Program-made: the position numbers and the translations under genes
Notes under the pieces: generated by a model
What the model saw: only the letters and a program-made list of their open reading frames with translations
The model's database searches: none
What the model was told of the DNA's origin: nothing
In this document: positions 11,341 to 24,200 of the stretch, piece after piece
Position numbering within the stretch: position 1 is the stretch's first letter
Layout of the letters: every line of letters starts with the position of its first letter
Assembly: GCA_000934665.2 (NCBI GenBank)
Contig: JYFJ02002744.1
Location: forward strand, 1-51,998
Direction of reading: 5' to 3'
DNA length: 51,998 nucleotides
From: Catajapyx aquilonaris
Lineage: Eukaryota

Positions 11341-13892
11341 CTACCCAGGAAATTTGCCTCCTCCAACAGCTTCTATTAGATCTATTGAAAGAGAAATAAA
11401 GTGGTGTTTTAAAATTACAGTAATTAACCAGCGCATTCGCTTAAAATATTACTTTCTACATTGAAACCTGTCTGTATTGGAGTCGCCATTTCAAATAAAA
11501 ATTAGATCATAATGAACATGTTCCATTACGATTACATAATTATGACACAATGACATCAAACAGCCTCTGCCGAGAGTCATACAATGTAATGTTCTGTAAT
11601 ATGTGAATTCTGTTATGGAAGAACGTTGTAAGTGTCATTTTGGCTGTTTTGAGTTGACACTGTAGAAACGTAGCAAATGACCAGCTGGTTCGAACAGCAT
11701 AGTCCACCCAACGCCATCTGTTGATTTAGCCGAGAAAAGAGTGCATTCACATTGCATGGGATCCACGGCAGAAAAACACGTCACCTGAAAAGTTGCCAAA
11801 AATCATTTGCAACGTTCTTCCATGCCAGCATACATGTAAGTTCCCACTATCCAGATCCTGCCAATGACAGGTTTCAATGCGCTGTCAGTTATGTGACACA
11901 TACTCGTTTAGGCATATATTATACTTACACCATTAATAAGAGTAAAAGCAAATTATCCCAGACATGTCTGTCTTTGATCATTAAAATTGGATCAGTTTTA
12001 TTTCATGCAAGTTCAAAAATGGCATACCTTCTTCCTCATCATCTTCGTTATCAGACTCAAACGTGTCTTCCGGGATGCTGTACAGCCTGATCAGTGGCTG
12101 AAATATGTTCAGAAATGTAACAATTACATATAAGACAGTTCACAGTGTAATCAATAGTTCCAAAACATTAATTACAGAAGAAACAGTTAAGTTTTTTTCC
12201 TCCTGTTACTTTACAACAAAAATAATAATGTAGGAAATGGTGGGCAACACGGTGGCGGAGTGGTTAGCGCCGCAGCCTTCCACCTCTGAGGTCCTGAGTT
12301 CGATCCAGGGCCGGATATAGGGGGGGGGCGGCAAGAAGGTGGGGGCGGCAAGTCTTGTCCCTGGAAATGAACTTGTCACATGCACATTGCACTGTTCTGT
12401 GTGCAGCGCCGAATTTACCACCCCCCCCCCCCCCCCCNNNNNNNNNCCCCCCCCGGCCTGACGCTTAAAAAGGCAAATTTTTAAATTGTGTTCTCTCCTT
12501 CATTTAATGTTATTTTATTTTAAAATATTATATTGAAAGTTATGGCCGACCAGGGGCGGCCGCCCTTCGGCAATGACCTTTTCTGCCTCTAGTGGTAAAT
12601 CAAGCTCTCAAAAATTCGATTTTATTTGTGATCTCGCCTTAATTTCGTAATTGTATTTGAGAAATATTATTTATTGCAACTCGCGGCCGCCCCTAGGCCA
12701 GTGGCGACTGTGCCTAATGGGAAATCCGCCGCTGTTGCGTTCTTTTCCGTTTTGCGGTCGCGACCCCCTTGGGGTCGCGAGGAAGGTTAACTACGTAGTT
12801 ATTTGTGCAGATTGATTCTATCTCTCTAGAAAATTTGCCCGTAAACGAGATGTGTTAATTTAGCGATTATTGTAATTAACTACCACCAAAGGAAAGGGGT
12901 ATAGGGTTGAATTGGAAGTGGTGGTCATGAATTTTACGCATCTATCCGAAAAAGATTGGGAAGCACGGCTCTGTAATGATCGAAAACCCGCTAATGTACG
13001 TTGACAACACTGGAATTGTTTGTGAACTTGTAACGACAAAACTACAGGCACCTAAGCAGAACTCCTTTCAAGTGCAATATGCAGATCTGAAATAGTTATT
13101 AACCTTCTTGTCCTGCAGAATGCTTTCATGCTAACCCTTCTCCTGTGTATTGTTCGGGACAATGACAAGACGTGCGTTCATTACGAAAATATCTGCAAAC
13201 AGTATATTATTTGGACTGGTAGTCAAAACTGTAGTGCATCTTAGGGACTCTTTCCCAGAAATGCAAAACAACGCTGAAGATGATATTTCTCTCTGGCAGA
13301 AAGAAATTTAGCATCCTCAGCTTGTGTGGCCTTGAACACACAAAAATTTTCGCCTGCGGCGGGCTTCCTCGCCTGCCAGCTCCCCCCCAAATGAACATTT
13401 TGCATGCGCCACTGCCTGAAGTGCAGAAGATCCATGTCAGAAAAATGAAACCAAACTTTCAAACCGCGGGGGTGGGGGTGGGGGGCGGCAGGAAAGGTTT
13501 CTGCCCCCCCTCCGAAATTTCGTAGATCCGGCACTGGTTCGATCCCCAGGTCGGACAGGGGATACTTATGTGGATAGAGTTTCCATGGGTTCTCTCCGTG
13601 TTTGCGTGGGTTTTCTCGGGGTTCTCCTGTTTCCTCCCACTATCAAAATCCAATGATCCCCTAAGAGACCCCAGGAAGCCTATCATGGGGTATCCATTAT
13701 TATAATAATGGGGCGACACGGTGGCGGAGTGGTTAGCGCCGCAGCCTTCCACCTCTAAGGTCCCGAGCTGAAAGGTTCGCGTGGGTTTTCTCGGGGCTCT
13801 CCCGTTTCCTCCCACTATCAAAATCCATCACAGCAAAGGCAATGATTAAAGTCGGTTAATTAAAATGATGATCCCCTAAAAAGCCCATTATC

Positions 13893-13959
<67 letters not shown>

Positions 13960-16900
13960 ATAATGTAGGAAATGTCTTACATCAGACCTATGGAAGTTCA
14001 ACTTACAGAAGATCTAATGTATAACACATATGAGACTAATGTCCCTGCTTGATGCAGAAATATATCCAGCAGGACATTCCCTACACTGCCAATGAAAACA
14101 CAATTAAAACTTAAATGATGCTAGATATCGTAAAAATTACACTATGAAGCCAAAAATTTCGCGCACAAAGCTAACATCACCATACCTGAAGTGATAGTGT
14201 ACCATCACTCTTGGTACCATGTATCATTAATTTCAAGTGAAAGGGCATAAAATTCAACCTTGTTTGGATCCTTCATGATGAGGTACTTCCCATCGGCCTG
14301 CTGCATGCACAAGTCCAAAATGCACCTGAGTATCCCCCAGGCATTGTCCATGTTGAGGTTAATCTGGGCTGCAAACTCACCTGGACAAAATTGCTGCATG
14401 CCCAGGATCACATGCTTTGTGGAGTCACGCACATTTGCTCTTGACACATACCTGCAAATGCACAATCGAAATCACAGGAGCCTTAGCCTGTCAACATTTT
14501 ACCACAGAATCTAGCTCATATGAGCTGAGAAAATCACCTAACCTGAGGAAGCACCTAACCAGTCAGTGAAACTAACCAGGCCGAATTGCACTTTTTTTAA
14601 ATTATTATTAGTTTTTGTCAACAATATTAGCTGGATTAATTGGCTGGATGTATTACGCTGAGTTCAGTGCTCCCTGTCCCTAGTACAAGAACACGAGAAT
14701 CGGAATGCAATACCCAAACTTGATCTGTTGAGATCCAGCAAGCAGTGCCTGCACAGTCCACATGGCCAGCTTGAATGTGTTGTTACGGAGTTCCGTTGCT
14801 AGCACTGCTCCTCGCTGCTTGTCCAGCTTCTCACGCCAGTCCACCCCAGTGCTCTGATTGTTTGGGAGGCAATAATTACAAGTCATTAAACATTTAAAAA
14901 ATGCATGTATCACTTCAGGTGTAAATGAAAAGCCACAAAGCAACTTGTTCCTCGTAAAGTAACTTCAATATAATATATTGTGTTTAACATATCTGTCAAG
15001 AAAACATAGGGCTGACCTTTGATGAGTCCCACTCATTGAGAGCCTTAATGGTGATAAACTGCACGTCATTCTCCTTAAGGCCACCTGTCCCCTTTAGGAC
15101 AGCATCATGCTCGCACCTGGCCACTAAGTTCATTCCATTTCCAAGATCCCAGCTGCGATACCGGTATGCAATAGATGCTAGCTCGGACTCAGTCAGATCA
15201 TATGCAAATGGGTTTGGCTCTTCAAATGAGTAACGCTCCTCACCCTGTAAAAAAATGTTTTAAAAGCCAATAAGGAGCCACTAAAACTCTGGGGAATGGT
15301 AGAGGGAGAAGGGGCTCAGTTAATTCAGCGATAACAGCAAAATAAATATTAAAGGATTACCATCTTGAGAACTTGCTGAGAGAAATTGTGATTGATGAAA
15401 GTAGCCTCAAGAGCCAAGTGTCTTGGAGCATTCGGGGAGTTTCCCTCTTCATAAGGAGGATCGTTTGCAGTCTCATTGACAGTCAGTAGATCTGGGAATA
15501 GATGGTATGGATATCATACAGTTCAGCAGAGATCATTTGGAGGGCTGGGAAATATACAACTATCTTAGCGTCAAACATCAAACCTCGACTGTATCCCCCC
15601 AAAAAAACAATCATAAGGAAAAATAATGACATAAATTCCTCACCAAACTCTGAGTTGTCCCGTTTGTCCAGGAACAGCCTGTCACCAAATTTTGTCACAA
15701 CAATGTCCCAGGAGTAATTAGAGCGGGTGCAGCACATCAGGGTACACAGTATGGTATCTGTAGCATACACAGTGCCCGTAGTTTTCGTCAGCTGACAATA
15801 TGGAAAAGTCAGAGGAATGCATGAGAAAAATAACTTTCAGGTCAAACATCTCTAAAGCATGGTCCTGATAGTTGACTTTCAGTTGATTGTCATGGTGTAT
15901 GGGTTAATCTGGCTCTTAATGCAATGCATTAAAAGAGTTAAAAACTTTAAAAAATACTATGGCAAACATAGGCGCAGAGAAAAGTAGCAATGACATAACC
16001 AAGCACTGCCAGCAGTCATGCAAGTATTTAAAAAGTAACATGGTAAATGTACGCCATGACAAAATATACCTTGCGAATGATGGGATCATCAGTGGTGGTT
16101 ACAGTGTGGAAGATGCGATCTACTCGCTGCAACGTCCTCTCATTCTTCACATTGATCCGATCATAAGACTTGTCATAATACTCCAGAGAGCCGCAGCACA
16201 TGCTGTAAGTCAAGAAAATTAATTAAAGAAAATTGTCTTGCGATTGCTAATGATGGCACTGCCACAATTAAATTAACCAAACACAAAACTAACATGTCCT
16301 TTCCAGGCCCAACAGAAGGAAGGGACAGCTTGGAGAGCCTCTGGAAGTCCATCTCCTCAATGACGATCCAATCAGACTGCACTTGGACTGAGGCGTCCCT
16401 CTCCCTGCGATGCGACTGCTGCTGGTTCATGTAACCTCTGTCGTACCTCCCACCACGAGCACCATGTTTAGGCCACTTGCTACGAGTCATCCTGGAAGAG
16501 CAAACATATTTTTCAATGACAACCAAATATTGGTTGCCACTTCCTGCTACTTACACTCTCCCTCCTCTGGTTCCTTCCATTGTTTGGAAGTTCCGACGTC
16601 CATGGAAAAACCTGCTTCCTCTAGCACCCCTGCTGCCCATGCGGAACCTCCCCCTTTGAAAAGAGCCGCGGTGAATCCTGGAGGTGTCAATCAGTCGGAA
16701 AGAATCCGATTCCTCCTCGTGGAAGTATGCGTATGGGTTCTCTCCACTCAGCGGCATTACCATATTTTTACCTGAAAACACACAGGTTTTCATCCCATTT
16801 TTAAGGACACGCCAGGAGCATACAAATGCCAGGTAACTCACCAACGTTGGTAAATCTCCTGTCCTGATAGGGTTGCATCCAATCAGCAACCTGTCGAGAA

Positions 16901-17274
16901 TTGTGGACATGATCACCTGGACCATTTATTTAATTTAATTTTTTTATTTGGACATCTGCATAGGCACCGCTCAAGTCCCCAAGGATTACTTTTTTTTAAA
17001 AATGAATCTCCCGAACCAATATAAAAAGGAGAAACAATAATAGCCACATTCACTTGTCATAATTGCGGCTTCTTTTACACTTGTTTTTGTGTGATACGCA
17101 ACATGGGATTGATGCCACAGGACGTACCTTTCCCAGGCGTTCAGCCTTGGAGAAAGGCTGGTAGGGCATGGCGACAACTTTGTGGGTCAGATCCTTTCCG
17201 AGATCCCTGCAGTCCATGAACGGACCCCATCCAGTGGGATTGTACTGGATGTCTGGAAGCTCAAAGTGGGCCAT
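11341..17274 (-). CDS. eIF3d: Eukaryotic translation initiation factor 3 subunit D
   Basis: Phase-consistent exons 17274-17128, 16890-16842, 16771-16555, 16491-16294, 16202-16070, 15791-15644, 15491-15361, 15244-15017, 14853-14714, 14451-14259, 12097-12028, and a probable last exon 11381-11341. Motifs [35 protein letters not shown] and an acidic tail. The last exon is less certain. Confidence 0.95.
12242..13710 (+). mobile_element. V-domain tRNA-SINE (family B) split by a hAT insertion
   Basis: Head at 12242-12305 (A box TGGCGGAGTGG, B box GAGTTCGATC). The body resumes at 13545 with the V-like GTTCTCTCCGTGTTTGCGTGGGTTTTCTCGGGGTTCTCC.GTTTCCTCCCAC and ends CCCCTAAGAG...GGGGTATCC-ATT. Confidence 0.85.
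12306..13536. mobile_element. Non-autonomous hAT-like element (contains an N gap and nested fragments)
   Basis: TIR CAG(G/T)GCCGGAT(A/C)TA with a perfect 8-bp TSD GTTCGATC (12298-12305, 13537-13544). Confidence 0.85.
13711..13960 (+). mobile_element. Second family-B SINE in tandem, internally deleted, with (ATT)n tail
   Basis: Same head GGGCGACACGGTGGCGGAGTGGTTAGCG, a partial V-domain, CCCCTAAAAAGCCC and a long (ATT)n. Confidence 0.85.
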
Positions 17275-17528
17275 CCTCCACACTTTTTGTCGCTGGAATG
17301 AAACTTTGGCTTTAGCACAGTTCCTTGTGAATTAAATGATAATTCCAATCGTTCCACTCTGAAGCAAAGACATCATGTGCTCCTTTCCCACTGCCCAGAA
17401 GCCAAAGGGACGCCACACCTCACCTCTCAGAGTTGATAAGTTCCCACGGTGCAAGCTGACAGGTAGGGGGGGGNCAAGGGCGGCCCTCGAGGCGAAAGAA
17501 GGGCGACCACGCGAGATTCGAATGGAAC

Positions 17529-17540
17529 CAAGATGGCGGC
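17529..17540 (-). promoter_or_regulatory. YY1-type motif in the probable eIF3d promoter/5' end
   Basis: GCCGCCATCTTG on the minus strand in a CpG-rich patch ~260 bp upstream of the ATG, followed by the pyrimidine tract CCCTTCTTTC. Confidence 0.5.
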
Positions 17541-17642
17541 CAGGCGTCAGTTATTTAACAGCAGCTATAATAAGCTATTCTCCATACATAGTAGCCATAA
17601 GCTGCTTCCCACACTGATGGGGTCGTGAAGCATAGCTGTTAT

Positions 17643-17649
17643 AATGATG

Positions 17650-17720
<71 letters not shown>

Positions 17721-18012
17721 TTGATACCCCATTATCAGCCTACGGGCTTTCCTAGGGGGGGATTTCTCCCCAATTTTTTGTCTGGAACTCTTCCATTTTT
17801 ACTATTTTTCTCATCACCAGAATGAAGCAGGGAAAGGGAAGGAAGGAGGCGGCTGTGGCCTATATTACGGTAACGATCCCGGAATTATCCTGCAAGGACC
17901 ATGGGAAACCACAGAAAACCATGGTCAGGGTCGCCGGCCTCCGGGATTTGAACCCAGGACCTCCCGATTAGCAGTCGGACACCATATCCACTCCAGCACT
18001 ACTGCTTCGGTT
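17643..18012 (-). mobile_element. tRNA-derived SINE family A, copy 1
   Basis: Minus-strand head with A/B boxes (TGCTGGAGTGG, GGTTCAAATCC), a GGAAACCACAGAAAACC core on the plus strand, a (TTA)n tail and a 12-bp TSD CATAGCTGTTAT. Confidence 0.9.
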
Positions 18013-18284
18013 CATAGCTGTTATTACATGAGACAGAGAGAAAAAAAATGGCAGGGATTGGAAATAAAGACGTTGCCGTCCTCATTACAATGCATTTTTA
18101 TTCCTGACGTATAGGCAAATAAAGTGAATAACAAAACATGAGGATAAGTGAACAACATTGGACCCTTACCAAATATGACTAAGGATGAGTACGGTAAATA
18201 CTATAAGGGAATGTGTGAAAGCAAACGGCGGAAAAATAACATGAGCAAAGAACGAGAAAACATCTTCGGACCGCCAAACTTCTT

Positions 18285-21200
18285 TCACAGGTAGGCTTCC
18301 TGGATGACGGAGCATCCCCTGTACAAGGAAAGAAAGGAATATATTATAAGCAGACTGTTGCTGTAAAAGAACATACTCAGAGTCGAGTCGGTAATGCTCA
18401 TTTGGGTAACTCACTTTGAATCCCTGGACACTTCGTAATACTTGTCCAGCGACTGTCCCTCAGACAGGGCATGAACAAATGCTTTATCGTGGGTGATGAT
18501 TATAAGCTGGAAAGTCTTCCTCAGCCTGTGCCTCTGCACCAGTCTTCGCAATGCCTCTGCCAAGCTGGTCACATTTTGCTTGTCCAGGTTGGTAGTGGGT
18601 TCGTCCAAAGCAAGGATGCCGCACCTGGTGCTGAAGGCTTCAGCAAGGGCAATGCGAACAAGGAGGGAGGCAAGGACACGTTGGCCGGCTGAGCAACGGC
18701 CACGCATGTCCATTTCAGTCTTATTCTTCACCATCACCAGACGGTAACTGTATGCGCGACGTTTACCAGTGGTTGCTGGAAATTCATGCAGAGAAGAGTC
18801 AGCACATATGGCTGACAAACTTGAAAGCAAAACATTTATTGCTGCACTCACTGGTCTTTGGAGCATCTTCATTCTCACAGGCAACCCTAATCATCTCAAT
18901 GTCGTTCCCCCGGTAAACAAGGCACCAGAGTTCATGCAGTACTTCGTTGATGACAGCCATTTGCTGCTCATGGTACTTCAAGATGGAAGCCTCAAGTGCG
19001 TCACGGAAATTCTTCACATCAACTGCACCCATTTTCAGGGTCTGAAAGGGAAAGGAAACCACATGAACCCCCTCTAAAATAAATTATTGCATCCAACGTT
19101 GGAATGGACATTGAAACCAATCTCCACTACCTGACAACATGCTGCACAATGAAAATGACAGTTACGCCTCTCACCTTGAGATAAACCATGGCCTTGTAAT
19201 AGTTTCCTTCCGCATTCTTCAAATTGTCCTGCTGGAGTTCTCTCTCGACCTCTTTGACAGTCTTCTCAAGTTCTCCCTGACGACCTTTTGTTTCGTGCAG
19301 CTGAATCAGAAACATTACAACAATGATAGTAACAATCCTCTTATAGCGTAAGTGACAATCAGCCGTAACGATGCAACAGACCTGCTCCTTAATCTGGTCG
19401 ATCTGCCTGATGACACTGCTCTTTTCTCGCAACAGTTCCTTCGGCTTCATCTCCCCAACCCTTTCCCGGATGTCTCTGACCTTGTCCTTGAGTTGCTGGA
19501 TCTCTCTCCCCTTCTTGATCACAGCGAGAGAGTCCTCCAGCTCACGCTTGTGCAGCTGGGCCCCGCCTACTGCCTGCTTCAGCTTCCCTGCCTCTTTCCG
19601 CCGCCCATCCACTTCTCTTCCAACTTCGCCCTTGTTCTGCTCCAGCATTGCAAGCTTCTCCCTCAATTCAATCAGCTTCTCGTCTCCACCTCTCTTCTTG
19701 TAAGAGGACACCAAGTCCTGCAGTGCTTGGACTTCCTGCTTCTTCAACTGAAGATCTTTCATCTACCAGAACGGGACCAGCATTGTAAAGGGATTATATA
19801 GGCACATCACAAATGGCTACAAAGACACTCCAACCTTCTTCTGAACGTCTGCAATCCTCTTGTCTCCAGCTTCCTTTCCCTGCTCTTTCTCTTGTACAGC
19901 TCTGCCCAGGGCAACTCCCAAGGGGTGAAGAGCATCCCGGCATGACTCTGCTTCCTCCTGAAGGTTTGCGATCTGTCCTTGCAGCTCTTCCCTTTTCACT
20001 TCCAGCTGCTTTTTCTCCTGCATCAGAGACTCTGCCCGTAACTTCTCCTGGGTCACGTCATTCACCTCAGACCGCAGCTTCTGGGCCTTTTCTTGGTGCT
20101 CCGACAGCTGGGACTGGCGACGCTCAATGGACTCACGCAAAGTTGACAACTGATTGGACACCTCTTCATGTTCCTTGCGAACCTGTTGCAGGCTGTGATT
20201 TGAATCTAGAATCAGATACAAATACATGTGTCAAGCACTGGATTGCCGGTGAGTAAATTTTTATGGATCACCATCTGAAACGATAGATACTGTATAAATG
20301 TTAAATATAACATTAAGTTGTGTCGGGAACACAAGCTTTTGACGTGAATACGTCTTTAAAATCGGATCAGTATTGGGGGGAGTGAATTGATTGCTTATTA
20401 TCAGTATTGAAGTCTGGACACATGCATGGTAATCCTAAAGTCTGGACACATTCATGGTGACCCTCCTAAGAATTTCCCTGCATGCCCCCGCCATGGGCCC
20501 CCTGTCAGGGTCCTGACTATAACACTCACACGCCACTTCGGATATAGTAGACTCGGATATAGTAGACTGTAACGCTTTTCTGTAACGCTCGAGTTTGCCT
20601 CCATGCCCCCCTATGCGGATCCTAATTTAGCCCTGCCATGGGGCCCCTAGCGGGGCCCCCTGTCAGGGCCTGACTGTAACGCTGTTCTGTAATGCTCGAG
20701 TTTGCCTGCATGCCCCCCCTCTGTACGGACCCGATTTTAAAGACGCATTCACGTCAAAACATGAGGCACTTACTCCTGAGGGAAGGGGCAAGTCTGATCT
20801 CAAGGCTTTCGATCTTCTGCTTAAGCTTCCTGCTTTCTTGCTGTTGCTGCTCCAAGACACTCACTTCCCCTTGGATGCTTGAGGCCTCCTTCTGGCTACT
20901 GCTCTTGGCTTCAAACTTATCCTTCAAGTCATTCACTTCAACATTCTTCTCCCTCACCAAGGCTTCACTCGTTTTCAAGCTCTGCCTGGAAATCAATAGG
21001 CAAAGTGACATGTCTACGTAATACCGTGAGGATTAGCAACAATCGCAACACAATTCATAGGCAGGCCTTAATCTACAAGTATGCTTCCACTCAAAGAACC
21101 AACGTCTAATTATGCAGATAGTTTCAGAGTGAACCTTGGGTCGATCCAAGGTTTTTCAAAGTATTAAAATCTCTCCTTTGCTGACCTCATTTGCTGAAGT

Positions 21201-24200
21201 TCTTGCATTTCCAATTTGGCCATCTTCTCTGCCTCAGGTCGCATTTGCAGCAACTTATTGTACCGCTTTTGCTGTTCTTCCAGTCTCTTTTCACATTCCT
21301 GCAGTTTCTCAGGAACATCCCTTAATTTGCTTGACAACTGGAAGAAAACACAGGGCCAATATCACTTCCAGCTGTAACTAATTTTTTGGTGCAACAGGCT
21401 AACACATACAGTAAAATCACAAGATCCACGTACCTCAGCAACGAGGTCCTCAGCATCGTCCTTGACATCAAAGTTCCTGTGACAAAGAGGGCAGCTTGGA
21501 CAGGACTCCTTCAGCTTTTCTATGTACTTTTGATAAAAAAATCTTGATGAGTTTAATATTCCTTTCTGGTCCTGGGAGCTTTCCATCTTCTTCGACAGTG
21601 ATTCCAGCTCCTCCTCCAAACTCTCACTTCGGTCACTCCCACACACTTCATACATATTTTCCTGCCAAGCTGCAAATTATCACCATAATCAGTGGGGAAT
21701 CTAACACAACAAGTACGGTATACTTAAGCTTTGGTCACCAGAGTGTGTATAACGGCAATGACTTCACATTTGTATAGGATAAAATTTAGTAGACACTTGC
21801 CCTTGTGAATTCATGTTCAAGTACGAGTACACTACCACACTTGAAGGTGAAGTCACAGGATTAAGTGGACGTTATTGTACACAAATTTTTAGCCAAAAGG
21901 CACGTAAGATTACTTTTGTTACACCGTGGTCAAAACTACGCAAAAGCAACACATATTAAAGTAACAATCAAACACTATGCCTCTCAGTTCATCTTCTTTT
22001 TTCTTCAATTGTTCCCTCTGCATTTTGAACTCAATTTCTGTAGTGGAATGCGACTTCTGCTTCTGTACAAGGTCCTTCTGCAGAGTGGATATCTCCTTGT
22101 TCTAAGCAAGGGGGGGGGGGGAGGGGAAAAGATGGTGTATTGACTGATCCCAGATTTGTTCTTTCCCTTCCTTACCAATTTCTCCATACACATTTGGACT
22201 TCCAGCTTCAGGTTCCTCTCGGGAATTGTTGTAAACAGTTTCTGAAGCACTTCCTCGTTCTTATTCAGACTAGAAACATGAAAGTTAGAAGGGACGGAAT
22301 AATCATGTGTTAGACAAAATACTTGGAACAAAACCTAAATCAAAAGATGGATTCCATTATTTCATTTCAGAAACAAAAAAAAATCCAACAGCACTAACAT
22401 CCTCCTAGCAGCTTCCTCCTTTGCATTGCACTCTTGGAGAAGCGTATCAATCTGAGTCTGCAGATGAGCATTCTCCTGCAGGGAATTGACCTCTTTCTTG
22501 AGAGCCTGCTCCTTGACCTCCAGCGTAGCTTTTTTCGCCTGGTTGGCAACAACCTCAGCCTTGACCTTGTTAACGTCCATCTCCTTCTGAACCTGTCTCA
22601 GCTGATTCTCCAGCTCCTCCTTCTGCACTTCCAGATGCTCCACCTGGCTCCCCATCCCTTCAGCCTCACTAAGCCTCTCCCTAACCTTTCTCACTTCTTC
22701 AACAAGAGTCTGGATGGTGGACTCCTTCGAGGAGAGATCTTGTTCCACCTTAGCCTTCTTGCACCTGGCCTCAATCACGTCTTCCTCCAGGCACTTCATC
22801 TCCTGGTCAAAATCAATCTTTTCTCCAGCAAGATTCATTTCTGCTGACTCAATACGAGCTTCCAGCACTGCAGAGGCCCTCCGTACATGGTCATCCTCCA
22901 GTACGCCACTTGAGGGGAGGCCAGCTGGAAAGACGAAGAGATTTAGTATACCGTACCTATCATCGAATTCAGAAGTATTCCTAATGTGTCATGTGCTGTG
23001 ACTTGTTTCCTATGTTTCAATGCCTCTGCACATGAATGAGAGTTAGAGTAGGTGTGAGAAATTATTGGAGTTTGGATGATAATATTGGGAGAGGCTGGTG
23101 GGAGAGCAGTGTTCCTCCCTCACCATCGTCCAGCTTTAGACTCCTCAGCAACTGGTCCCTTTCTCCCAGGTGCTTCTGATGCTGCTCAGATTCATTCCTC
23201 AGCTTCCCCATGTCAACTGACATACGAGTTATTTTCATTGACAGTGACTGCTGGTCAGCCTCTCCCTTGGAAATCTGATCATCCAGCTAGAGATAAGAGA
23301 AATCTCACGTTAGTCACAAGTGTGCTAAATGTCAAGAATATGAAGAATTTCAGAACGCACATTTGGAGCAATGTCGTTTCCAGCATTTCCAAATGTGCCT
23401 CTCTTACCTTCTTAATATCCTTCTCCTTCTCTCTGATCTCCTCATCAAAATTCCGAAGGCTCCTGGTAAGTGCGGCCTCATCAGTTGGCGTGTCCTCCTT
23501 CAGTCTTTTCTGCAGTACTTCCACCTCCTCATCAAGGTGTTCAAGCATTCCCTGCTTCCTTTCTGCAAACACAAAATATGCTACTGTAACATGTCGTTAA
23601 GCATACGGTTCTACGTTGTTTTAAAAACTAGTACTCAAGATGATGCTGCGGAACCTAACCAAAAAAAAAAAAAAAAAAGTATTCATCTTCTCAGCTGGGA
23701 TTTCCTTCATCCACACCAACATACACCGATTAATTAGAACTTTAAAACACTAGCCCATTTCCCGCTGCAGGCCAACAAGATTTTGTTCCAGTCCCATGAG
23801 TTCTTCCAGCTTAGTAATCAATGGCATCATCTTGCTTTCCAGAATCTCTGAATCCTTCACTGTAGAATCCAAGCGACTTCTTTTGACCTTCAGTTCTTCG
23901 TTTGTGCGATGAAATATTTGCTTTCGCTCCGCATGCAGCTTCAAACCAACCTCTTTTTTCCCAATATCTGCAATGTTATTTCCATACTGTAGATATCATT
24001 TTCATTTTAAGAATTCAACATCAAATATTTACAACTCAAATAACATTTTGCGTCAAATTTTCACCTCTAAGAAATCTGATTATAAAAACCCGTGCCAAAG
24101 TAGCTCAGTTATTATTAGCCACAATGTCCACTAAAAAGCAACAAAATCAATCCTGCAACATTCATTTTACAACCAACCAGCAAAATTTATCCTCAAGGCA

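Noticed and set aside
20490..20735. GC-rich duplicated block in a RAD50 intron
   Set aside because: Looks like a local tandem duplication of TE debris; no ends or function could be defined.
19352..23600. Multiple plus-strand ORFs of 100-170 aa
   Set aside because: Antisense shadows of RAD50 coiled-coil exons.
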